NCBI GenBank assembly: GCA_028534125.1
Contig: CM052817.1
Location: 38,876,001-38,940,000 of the forward strand
DNA: 64,000 nucleotides
Reading direction: 5' to 3'
Origin: Lama glama
Taxonomy: Eukaryota
Positions within the stretch are counted from its first letter, which is position 1; each line of letters begins with the position of its first letter. Below, piece after piece: positions 24,960 through 35,871 of this stretch. A program made the position numbers and the translations under genes. The notes under the pieces were generated by a model, which had not been told where the DNA came from, ran no database searches, and worked only from the letters and a program-made list of their open reading frames with translations.

Positions 24960-25928
24960 AATAAACCCATTTTCCATTTCAGCAAAAAATATATTAAACT
25001 GGTTGTTTTCTTTTCATCTGCTTAAAAGATCCAGTTCTCTTTTACCCTGGTTGCTTCAAAATGCATAAATGACTTTTTTTTCCAGTAGGCACCATTTATA
25101 TTTTCATAGCAGAGTCTATTATTTCAGAGACGGTTTCTAGATTTTTACTGATAATTTTACTCTTTCCTCTCAAGATCCCCAGAAATTAGAGATGTAAGAA
25201 TACTACAATTTCCCAGCAAGGGTTCTCAGCAGAATGTCTTAATGGAGAAAAGCAAAGCATAAAGGATAGGAAATGTACCCCAAATTCAAAACAAGCCTAA
25301 CTAATCCATGAATTCCCAGATCTAAATACTACATTTTGCATTTTAAAGTCATTTTTGCATTTTGCATTTCTTCCTTTTAAGGAAGAAAAGTTCATCGTGT
25401 ACAGTGATAAATGTCATAAAACACTGAACAATGTTCAATGATACACTGAATGAAATACCTTTGACTACAAAGAATTCAGCAACCAGATGACTAACCATAA
25501 CTGCTAAGAAAACTCTTAGCAGTTATGTCCTCATCAGCTCTGTCCTCCTAAGCCCAGGCTAAGAGCAGGTAAGCACACTTTCCATAGAAAAATATAGTAG
25601 ATGCTTCCCTATGACTTACTAACTGTTCAGGAGATTATGGAAACATTTGAAATTTCTAGATTTAGGGAATTCAAATACTTGATTTTAATTTTATAGCCTT
25701 TGAAAATATTCAAAGAAAAAGTTTTTAGGAAACTTTGGAAACAGTTAAAATTTTTAAATCCTCAAAAAACTTTCACCTTCAACCTTTTGTATGTAATAAT
25801 CATCCAAGATTCAAATACCTCCCACATTTAGACAACTAGATTAGATTATATCTTCTCACTACAGAAAAAAATTAAAGGTAAGGGTTTTTATTACATATAG
25901 TGACTACAGAATAATGATTAATACACAC

Positions 25929-25987
25929 CATATAAAACTGCAGACGATAATGTTTCTTCACCAAGCTCAGTACAAACATGCAGAAAC
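25929..25987 (-). CDS. CDS1: CDS1 exon 6 (GFCMFVLSLVKKHYRLQFYM)
   Basis: 59 nt, ttgaacag|GT ... ATG|gtgtgt; phase fits exons 5 and 7. Confidence 0.96.
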
Positions 25988-26320
25988 CTGTTCAAGAAAA
26001 AACAAAACAAAACAAAACATGTATTTGTTGTATAATCTGTTACAAAGTGTAAGACTCACATGTAAGCCAAATTTCTATACCACATCTAGCCACTCACTCA
26101 TATGCCATCTCTCCTACTCTTATATTAAGCGTTTTAAGTAAAAGTTTCTTGAAGGAAATGATCCTGTGTTCTCCAAAATGCCTAATATATTCCATAGCAT
26201 AAATTCAATAAACATCCCAGCATTAATTAAGTTAATTAGTCCTTTGCTGATGTGTGCACATGGAAAAACCTATCTTGAATTTCAGTTAACTAAAATTTAT
26301 TTGCTATATCCATCCATCAA

Positions 26321-26500
26321 ATGTATGTATAGAATGTTTCAATCTCTACATAATATAAAATTTAATAATAATTATTATGTCAGCTAACAGCTATTGAATA
26401 CTTACTATGTTTCAGGTTCTTGTTTAAGCATTTTATAAATATGAACTCATTTAATCCTTCCAACGTTCCTATGATGTGAGGTACCTATTATTATCTCCAT
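26321..26500 (+). repeat. Direct duplicate (copy B); the MIR continues past it
   Basis: See copy A; the MIR core ctcatttaatcct...attatctccattttacagatga continues only in this copy. Confidence 0.92.
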
Positions 26501-26605
26501 TTTACAGATGAATAAAAATGCACAAAGGGCTTTATTAATTTAATGGGGATCATGGAACTACAAAGGAGTCAAACCTTTAGATCCAACTGATCCTCAAGAG
26601 TCATG

Positions 26606-26644
26606 CATTTTTTTTGCATATATATATTTTTATTGACGTATAGG
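26606..26644 (-). mobile_element. ~39-bp L1 3'-tail insertion
   Basis: Reverse strand ctatacgtcaataaaaa...A-rich resembles the L1 3' terminus seen elsewhere in the window; flanked by direct repeat agagtcatg (26597-26605, 26645-26653). Confidence 0.6.
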
Positions 26645-29603
26645 AGAGTCATGAGGTTCTATAAACTGTTATCAGCAAGACTCGGATTAAGAATAATTTG
26701 AAGTTTCTCAGGCCGTGTTATAGTAACTATAGTAAAATACAATACTCTTAATAATTTCAAGAATCACAAACAGTATTTTGTTTCTTTGCTATTTTTTTCT
26801 TTCTTTGTTTCTGTTTATATCCTACAAATTTATTACAATGAAATTTTACTAAATAAAAATTCTACCTAATTAAGTGAAATCTAATAATTATATATACTAA
26901 ATAATAGGAGGCAATATGAAGCACTTTTTGCCCAATGTATCAATAAAGTTCTGAAGATCCTAAGTATTTTTTTTTACAGACATAGATTGGGAAATGCATG
27001 AGCAAAGTTTAATTTTAGATCAGCAGCCACCCATGCATCCTATTCTGCAGTATCTTCAGAGAGTGAATTCTCTGAGATAGAAAATGAACTGTCAGTCTAG
27101 CCCATGTGAAGTAAACACTAGACTTTGTATATCCAAGTTATACTCCCCAGAGCAAGTCTGCCCACTAGGGTAAGCGAGGTTACTACTACTCTGACCGGAG
27201 CAAAGAATCAAACAACAGCTGTCTTCAGCTGTTTTTTGATGAGTGACTTGGAATGTCAGTGGAAAGGATGATGATAAAGGAAGAAAATGCATACTGGCTC
27301 CCAGATCCTACCTCAGCTCCTATTTGTCATCTACAGAATCTGACTGGTTGAACTGCAAAAGAAATATGGAAACATTTTCTGAGCAGAGGCACAAATGACA
27401 GCCATATGTCACTTTCTTCAGAGAAAGAAGGGGGGGGTGTTAAGACATAGAATTCATGGCACTGAAATCACCATTAGCATAAAAGACCTCTTTAAAAATC
27501 ACTGCTTTTAATTTTTTCTTCACTAGCAGGTAGACCTACGGCTCAAGGAATAATGAAAGTTCTATGCTGTTTTAAGCCATTAGCCTATGGTTGAATGCGA
27601 ATGGAGACTGGACTTGGTTCGAAAGCTAATGGGATAAGAGCAAAGCACAGACACAGAAGATGCCTCTGGACCCTCCCCTTCTGTCCAAACGGACCTCGCC
27701 GGCTCTGCCAGCACAGCCTCGGGGACTTCTCAACATCACTGACTATGAATTATCTCCCACATACTCCAACACGTCTGGTTTCCTCTTTCTTGAAATTGTG
27801 TAATATTGTTCATCCTTAAGTCTTTCTTCAAACAAAATTACCAGCAGACTCATTTAATGCTTTCCTAATGATCATTTTATCCAGGAGAGCCTGGCAACTC
27901 ACTTTTACCTGATCCAATTTCACTGTTACATCAAGTTAACATGCAGCGTTTTAGGGTGTTCTAATAAAGGGTACAATTATCCAACTCCTAGATACATTAA
28001 GACAGTTCTTTGAATTTGGGGGAGAAGGGTGTAAAGGGTTTTCCTAGCATATCTAAAGTTAAGTATTATTTTCAAACAAAAAGAATCTGAAAAAGGAACA
28101 TATAAATTTACTTTTTCATTCACAACCATCTACTTATGTGTGTATTTTAAATTTACATATGTAAAAATACATATGTGCTATATTGCAACAAGTCTATGGA
28201 AAGGATAACTTTGTACATTTGGATCCCCACTTTTACTTTTTAATTAATAAAGAATATATGTATGGTTATATTTCCAATTAAAATCACAGGACTTGTTACA
28301 GTATTGTAAATAAAACTATTCATTGAAAAAGCTTCCTAACACATGGTTGTTGATAGGTAATTATGTTTAGTTACACTTACTGATCACCAGTTTATACACA
28401 ACACTGTGCCTGGCGCTGTCCATGCGAAGATGTGTATTGCCCAGTACCCAAGAGGTCCCAGGTGGTTAGGGAGACCCAGTTACCCAACAGACTAAACAGT
28501 GGTGTATTCAACAAGAACAAAGAAAGAATGTGACTTCTAAAGGAGTCAGGAGAAGTAAATGGGGGGAAAAAGATATTGAAAAGTCCAAAGGATGGGATAG
28601 AGGGAATTTCAGAAAAATGGACAATCAAAAGTTGTGTATTGAGCACTTAAGATGTACCAGGCACAAGATACAAAAAATGGATAAGACAGTTGTTCCATTC
28701 AAAGAGCTCACAGTCTAGCTGAAGAGACAGAAAATATAAAGAAATTATAAAGTTGTTTTTAAAATTTCTTATTGGTGATTAACCAATTCAATAATAAACA
28801 CATACAGTCCTTAAATCAAAAAGGAGACAGATGGACCCAGGATTAAACCCTAGAGCTTACTGACTCATCCCTCACCCTTTCATGAGGCTCTGTTTTTCAA
28901 TACACTCACCTAACTAATCAAAACTCCAAAACATTTGAAATATCACATTTAAAAAATTCAGAAGCACACTGTATTATGTGTGCCCATATTCAGAATACAA
29001 CTGAGTTGTTTTTTAAAAAAGTTTTTAAGCAACCATGCATTGTAGAAATTCACATAAACCAACCATATCAGGCTAATACAAAAAAGTTTTCTCTTAATCT
29101 GCCTGGTGAGTATACGGTGCAGAACAAGACTAGCAGGTGTACAGATTCTATTCAGCTTTAATTCAAAAACTGTAAGTGGTTTTGGAGATACAGTCCCTTA
29201 TGAACAGTTATTTGTGATATCTTTCTGAAGAGTTTATCAACATCCTTTGAGATAAAAGATATTCAGGGATGTCTGGGAAAAAATTCCTAATCATGCATTA
29301 ATTTTAGCTATAATTTAATCTTACATGTCCATTGATTTTCTTGAATTCAAAGTATTATATTCAAGTCATAACTTCTCCTTAAAGTTTTTTAAAATGAAAT
29401 AGTTAGCAATGCATAAATATAAGCAAAATAAATACTAAACATAATAGGCCTGTAATATGCCTATCACAGGTTGGCTAAAGAGATCTTCAGGTGATATTAT
29501 TAAGGGTCCAGCATCTTAAGCTTATTCATCCATCATTGTGAGACATGTGGTCACATGTCTGGTCTCGTATCTAAAGAGCCTCAAATATAAACCACCAAGA
29601 TCT

Positions 29604-29740
29604 AGGGGGAGGGTATAGCTCAGTGGTAGAGTGCGTGCCTAGCATGCACTAGGTCCTGGGTTCAATCCCCAGTACCTCCATCAAAAATAAATAAACCTAA
29701 TTACTTCCCTTAAATAAAGAAAGAAATAAAGAAATAAAAG
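29604..29740 (+). mobile_element. tRNA-derived SINE (camelid Vic-1 type)
   Basis: A-box tagctcagtggtagag, B-box gggttcaatccc, A-rich tail; perfect 17-bp TSD ataaaccaccaagatct (29587-29603, 29741-29757). Confidence 0.92.
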
Positions 29741-30021
29741 ATAAACCACCAAGATCTTTTTACAATATATCTAGATTCTAGAGAAAATGTTGTTCCTATG
29801 ATTTTCTCTTTGCTATCAAATTCATTTTACGATAAAATTATCTAAGCGTCATAATGACTTCCGGGTCCTCGTCATTTGGTATGATATTAAACAAGTCATT
29901 TAATCGTGTGCCTTGGTAAAAGGATCAGACCTGGAGAGATCTACATTTTATTTTACTAAAATTCAATGTCAGTGAGACAGCTTCTGTTGTCTCTGCTTTT
30001 TAAATCTGCTAAGACCTAGGT

Positions 30022-30059
30022 GCCTCGTTAGCGCAGTAGGTAGCGCGTCAGTCTCATAA
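30022..30059 (+). pseudogene. Tailless retropseudogene: 5' half of elongator tRNA-Met(CAT)
   Basis: gcctcgttagcgcagtaggtagcgcgtcagtctcataa matches, from recall, positions 1-38 of mammalian tRNA-Met-CAT; 18-bp TSD with 1 mismatch (30001-30018, 30057-30074); no poly(A). Confidence 0.9.
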
Positions 30060-30326
30060 ATCTGTTAAGACCTATACGAAGTCATTTGCCCACCACAGAA
30101 CTAAAATTTGGACAGGACCTTTGGAATGTTGTTTAACGAGAAGAATTCCAAACATTTTTCACAGCATAATGAGAGAAAGGTACCAATAATCTCAAGAGAG
30201 CACACTTTCTACTTCCTTACTCCTGTTTTAAAATCTAAATCCATTTTCTAGACTAAGCTCATGAGTGTTGCCAATCACTTCAAGAATCACCAGTAAGGCC
30301 TCAAGAACCAGCAACCAACACACTGA

Positions 30327-30550
30327 TCAAGATTTGCAGGTACTAACTACTACATATAAAATAGATAAACAACAAGTTTCTACTGTATAGCAGAGGTAAC
30401 TATAGTCAATATCTTACAGTAGCCTATAGTGAAAAAGAATATGAAAAGGAATATATGTGTGTATATGGATGACTGAAACATTATGCTGTACACAAACATT
30501 GATGCAACATTGTACACTTACTAGACTTCAATTAAAATAATAATAATAAG
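30327..30550 (+). mobile_element. 5'-truncated lineage-specific L1 3' UTR
   Basis: gatttgcaggtactaactactacatataaaatagataaacaacaag...acttcaattaaaataataataa; homologous to 15155-15400 on the opposite strand. Confidence 0.85.
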
Positions 30551-30889
30551 CCATAAAAACAAGAAGCAGTCTGTGTCAATGTGCATGTTCTCAGCCTCTT
30601 AATCATTCATCCAATAAATGTGTGCTGGGAACCTGCATAGCAGACCCTGTGCTAAGCACTGGGAATTAAAAAAAATAAGAGAGACACAAAGTGGGTGCTT
30701 ATGGTTTAACAGGACCATATTTAGGACACACATAAAATGATAACAGATATAGAATACGAGGCATGATTTATATCGAAAATTTCATTCAAGTAGCTCCAAG
30801 TTTACTACAAAGTTGCATTTTAAAAGTACATTTGTTTGGGGGGAGGATAATAGCTCAGTAGAGGTATTATCTGTCTGTATGTTCCCACG

Positions 30890-31310
30890 ATACACAAAGC
30901 TTCTCAAGATGTGGCTCCTGCCTACCTTTGCAAACCTCAGTGCTGCCACTGGTCCCGAACATGCCATCCTCTCATTCCCAAAAGCCTGCACAGATGCTTC
31001 CTCTGCCTGGAATGCCCTTTCCCACTATCCCCCTGGCAAACACCTGCTTCTTCTTTGCTTTTCACAACACTTGTCATCTCTTCTCAAAGGCCTTCTATGG
31101 CCTTCCCACCCCAACATAGCAAGGCCCTCCTTCCCCTCCTCCTCGCTCTTAGAGGTCCTTGTTCACATTCCAGCAATAAACCAGGGAACACGTGTCTCAG
31201 CAGTTGCAAGACCCTGGAAGGTATGCTACCAGCGTTATTTCCCTTTGTATCCTCAACACCACAAACTGTACCAGCACTTGGAAAGCACTCAAGTGTTTGT
31301 TGAAAGAACA
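30890..31310 (+). mobile_element. L2 3' fragment
   Basis: Typical decayed L2 motifs (ctctgcctggaatgcccttt; aagcactcaagtgtttgttgaaagaa); explains the spurious 212-aa ORF. Confidence 0.55.
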
Positions 31311-31999
31311 ACACTGATGACTTTCAATGAGCTTCTGCGATTCTCTGTAAAAGAGCAAGTGGTAAGCGATATCCATGGCAGAAATCAGTTAGAAAAAGAA
31401 GAAATATTGATCTTATTTTATAAAACTAGAGTCAGAAAGTTTAGGGGATGAACAAATAATTACTAAAAAGGGTTGGTTGGGACGCTATCATGTATACAAT
31501 GTTATAAAAAGAAACAAGAAAGAAAATAAATTACATTGTCTTTACCCTCTCAATTGGGAAGTTACTCTCAAGTGTTTAAGTTATAGCAAACACAAAGGGA
31601 ACATAAGCCAAGGAAACAGTGGTTGCCTTATTTTCTGACGTTCTCCCCATCAGATGTTGCTATACGCACATCAACAGAGATGTAACTGCAGCTATGGGAG
31701 AAGTGAGATAGGTTTAGATATGCTGACATAAAACCACCCATACGCTGTATTAAGTGGGGGGAAAAACAGGCACAGAATAGTCTGGTCTCATTTGTGTGAG
31801 AAAATGGGGGAAGGTGGATATGACCCTATCAGCCTGAATGCTCGAAAAGTGTCTGGAATGGTGGCAGTAAGACCTCAGAGACAGTAAGTGAGGCTCTGAG
31901 GTAGGAGGGAGATGTCATGGAACACTCCTTTTCAGTCTGAATTTTTCCTGTGGGAATATATTATGTTTTCATTTTTACAAACTAGTTTTGAAAAACCAA

Positions 32000-32300
32000 C
32001 CTAGGTGAGGATTCCCAAGCCACCCGGCTTTTGGCACACTCCCTACTCAGAAGCCAGCCGTGGTGCTCCCAGCGCCAAGCCCCAGAGAGAGACCACCTGT
32101 GGGGGCTCGGGGCAGGAGCCAGCACTAACTGGCCATGAGAGAGCCACCTCGGGCACCTAGCCCACTCGGGACGTAAGTGACCAGCACCGTCTCCATCTGA
32201 CCACAACCAGAGGGGAGGCCCTCAGTTAGAACTGCTCAGTGAAGCCCAGTCAATCCAGGACAAGGAGAAAAAAAAAACAAATTGTTGATTTTAGCAAAGG
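32000..32300 (+). mobile_element. MLT1-type (ERVL-MaLR) LTR fragment
   Basis: Motifs ccagcactaactggcca..gagccacct, catctgaccacaacc, gaactgctcagtgaagcccagtcaa resemble MLT1 3' halves. Confidence 0.5.
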
Positions 32301-33189
32301 GGAAAATAAAATACTAGTCAAAGACTTTTGTTTTAAAATGGCAGCCTGATCATGGACATTTATTTCTATTCCATCCTGGTAGCCCAATAAATCACGTTAA
32401 AGAAATTGAGGCAAAAAGGGCAACGAGAACTAAAGAAATGTCAAGGAAAACAGAAGAGAAATGGCTATAAAATTTGGAAGCTGGAAAACAGACTGGATGA
32501 CTTTCAGCAGACTTGAGAAATCAGGGGCAACTAGAAGTATCCTCCAGAGAAAACTGAGCGGCAGAGGCTGAGCAGCAGAAGGCAGGGCTGAGGCCTGGAC
32601 TTCCAAGCTTGAGTGTTAAGCAACGGTTGGCTGCTAACAAGTGGGGCCAAAGCAGTCAGTTGTGAGACAGAATAAAGACGTCAATTAGAAATGTATGAAC
32701 ATAAAACGCTGACCTTCTAAGCACACGTGAAAGCAAACGACTAGAGGCTACGCCTTGGCAGAATGAGGGTGTTATCCCAGAAACTGGAAGACACAGGATG
32801 GAAGAAACGGAAGAGCCAAACTGCAAGGGGACAGCCAGGCAGCAGGCTTAAAGGCAGGCAGGGCAAATAAGAATAGGATCCCAGCGGTCCCTGGGACAGA
32901 GGTCTCCTGGGAAAAAGGGATCTGACAACTCTCTGATTTGTGTGAACATTTGGAAAAAATGACGAATAGACATGGGATAGACTCAAAAGGAAAATTAAGG
33001 ATTCCTACGCACAAATTATGAAGGTGGAAAAGAAAAGCTCAAGAGCAACTATTAAGTTCAGGAAAAATTCAAACTTGTTAAAAAAAAAAAAAACAAATGT
33101 AATGAAAGATACTACTTGGTTCCATAGAAAGTGGTATTTTATGTATCTGTTTAAAAATATAAAAATGACAATAAAAAACTAAGTATACA

Positions 33190-33243
33190 TGGAATTTGAC
33201 ACAACACTGTAAAATGATTATGAATCAATAAAAAATGTAAAAA
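33190..33243 (+). mobile_element. ~54-bp L1 3'-terminal insertion
   Basis: tggaatttgacacaacactgtaaaatgattatgaatcaataaaaaatgt + A-tail; perfect 17-bp TSD aaaaaactaagtataca (33173-33189, 33244-33260). Confidence 0.85.
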
Positions 33244-34986
33244 AAAAAACTAAGTATACAGAAATGAGGTTATTACAGGAAGTCAATAGACAATGCCTAA
33301 AATAAGTTAAGACACAGGCATATTACTTAGAAAAGTGAAAAAAAAACCTGTAAGTGTGGGGTGCAGGGTTATCGTTTATATTACAAGTCTTTTGACAATA
33401 TCTGCTTTTTAAACTAAAAGACATATTAATGATATAAATGATTAATGTTTTAACTAATTATAATTTTACTATTAAGAAGTTATAAAAATAATTATATATG
33501 AAATAGTTGTTGTGTTCAATAACAAAAGTCACCATAGATACTTATCTTGCTAAAATTATTTTTTAAACTCAAAATGCCAGAAAAGAAGTCTTGTCAGTCT
33601 AAATATAAACTGAGAAGTTACTGTATTCTTCTTCCCTTTAATAATAAAGAATTCATCCCAGAATTTACCTTACATTTAACAAAATAAATCAAGCTTCTCT
33701 GTTTGATAAGTGAGAGAAACTACTCAAAGTTTCTACCAAGAAAAAAAGTCACAAACATGCTTTAATAAACATAAAATCAGAGTCAAGTGTTTTATTCCCC
33801 AAATTTTAGCTGTTAGCAGTTATCATTAATCTCTCTATAATCATGATTCTTCTAAACTGATTAGAATTTCAAATGGAATGACTATCTTAGAATGAATAAC
33901 TTCTTTTTCCCCAGAAATGACAGAAATACTTTTCAATATCTATTTCTAAGAATTAAGATAACTATATTCAAGTTACATTCAATATCTCCAAGAACCTATT
34001 TTACATACATCATTTATAATTCAAAAAAAAATAAGTAATGGAATGAGATAACTGGACTTAACAAAAACCTGAATTAAAATGGGAAATTTCTTTGGAAAAC
34101 GTAGGTCCTCCTGCCCCAAAAATGATTCTCTGAAAATTACCATTATCATTTCAGATTATATTTCATTCTCTGGCCTTCTAGAATTATAAATAAAAGAGAG
34201 CAAGATCTGAAGGGGTGCTTATTAAAGTAGGAGCACCATGAAGAACAGCATCATAATTACCGAATAAAATGACATGCTTTTAAAGGACTGGGCTTTCATC
34301 CCCATACACTCTATACTTTTTTGTTTAATGAGAAATGGAAAGTCATCCATATTGTATTCATTTTCCAAAATTATACCAACTGGGTAAAAATTAATTTACT
34401 GAGAAACTCCTAAGAGCTAAAACAGTAACTATTAAGAGCTAAAGAGAAACAAACAAATTTCATTTTCTCCTTTAAAAGTGAAAATAATAATAATAATAAA
34501 TATTAAAATAGTGCCAGGTACTATTCTAAGTGCCTTACAAAGAAACTGAGGCACAGATAGATTAATTAAATTTCCTAAAGTTTATTCAGCTACCAAGTGG
34601 TGGAACCAGGATTCATATTGGTAATCTAAGTTTTAAAAAGTTTGTATCTAAATCAATTCCTTATAAATTATTTTATGATTCATAAACTTTTATGCAAAAT
34701 AAATCTGTTAATTCTAACGTTATCCTAAGTATCTGATTCTTAATTATTTGTTTTTTATTTTTCAGTTTTATTAGGTAGAACTGTTACAATTTGACAGCAC
34801 ATTTACAATATATTGCATGTAAATACATCTACACAATATACTGCACATATTTTTTTAATTCACATATATGTACTATTCATTGTTTCTAAGAAGATTTAGA
34901 ACTTTAGCTTTTTAAACTTACATAGTTCTGATTCCTAATGTAAAATCATAAACACATGACACAGCATACTATAAATACGCATATTT

Positions 34987-35029
<43 letters not shown>
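34987..35029. repeat. Compound (TA)n(CA)~17 microsatellite
   Basis: Read directly from sequence. Confidence 0.95.
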
Positions 35030-35031
<2 letters not shown>

Positions 35032-35414
35032 CATGTCAATAAAACCAAGTACCATGATTAATTCTATATGGAAACTCTATTTCTGAGGGACAAAGAAAGC
35101 AACGTGTATGTGAAAGTTTCTTTGTAAATTATACTTGGTTAATGATCAGTCCATATATTTGTAAGTTTGTTTACTACAATTTGCAAAGAAAATGTTCAAA
35201 TATATGAGGTGTCTATTAAGCAAATTTTTTTAACATTAGGGAGTAATTGCTGTTTAACACCGTGATGAAAGAAATATCTTTTTATACATGATATTTAAAA
35301 GAAAAGCTGGATAAAATGTACAAATAAAGGATGCTGTGAATTTAAATAACATAAAAAATAAGCATGTAACAAATATTGGCCACATATGAATACAGAATAT
35401 TTTCCTTAACTTAC

Positions 35415-35554
35415 CTGCCAAATAGAGGGCAAATGATATAAATCTGTGGTAGCGAATGAGGAACTGAAGTTGCTCTTCTCTTTGAACAAATGTAGCAAAA
35501 TAATCAGCTACAGTCTCTCCATAAAAAAAGTAATTTACACACAGTAGAAAGTAC
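35415..35554 (-). CDS. CDS1: CDS1 exon 5 ([46 protein letters not shown])
   Basis: 140 nt, aattatag|G ... CAG|gtaagt; lies within ORF 35254..35571. Confidence 0.98.
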
Positions 35555-35828
35555 CTATAATTTAAAAACAATTAGCTTTTTTTATATTTGGAACTTTTCC
35601 CCCTCAAACTCAGTAAAACTATTTTCTACATTTTGATGATGCCACAAAGATCAAAACCAAGTTTAGAAGACCAGTTCAGGATATATTCCACCAAAGTGTT
35701 TTTTTCCCCATTTCAAATTTAATTTCTAACTTATCAGTCAACAAAAATTTACTGAATATAGTTCATGTCTTTAGTTAGCTCAAAATCTAATGCCAGAGAC
35801 AAATAATTAGGAAACAATGTAGAAAATA

Positions 35829-35830
<2 letters not shown>

Positions 35831-35869
<39 letters not shown>
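35831..35869. repeat. (AC)19 microsatellite
   Basis: Read directly from sequence. Confidence 0.95.

Positions 35870-35871
<2 letters not shown>

Noticed and set aside
29604..29680. tRNA-like A/B boxes here and at 45785
   Set aside because: Followed by A-rich tails and flanked by TSDs, so these are SINEs and not tRNA genes
30813..31451. Longest ORF in the window (212 aa, + strand)
   Set aside because: Runs through a decayed L2 and a SINE-like fragment; no recognisable domain or splice context
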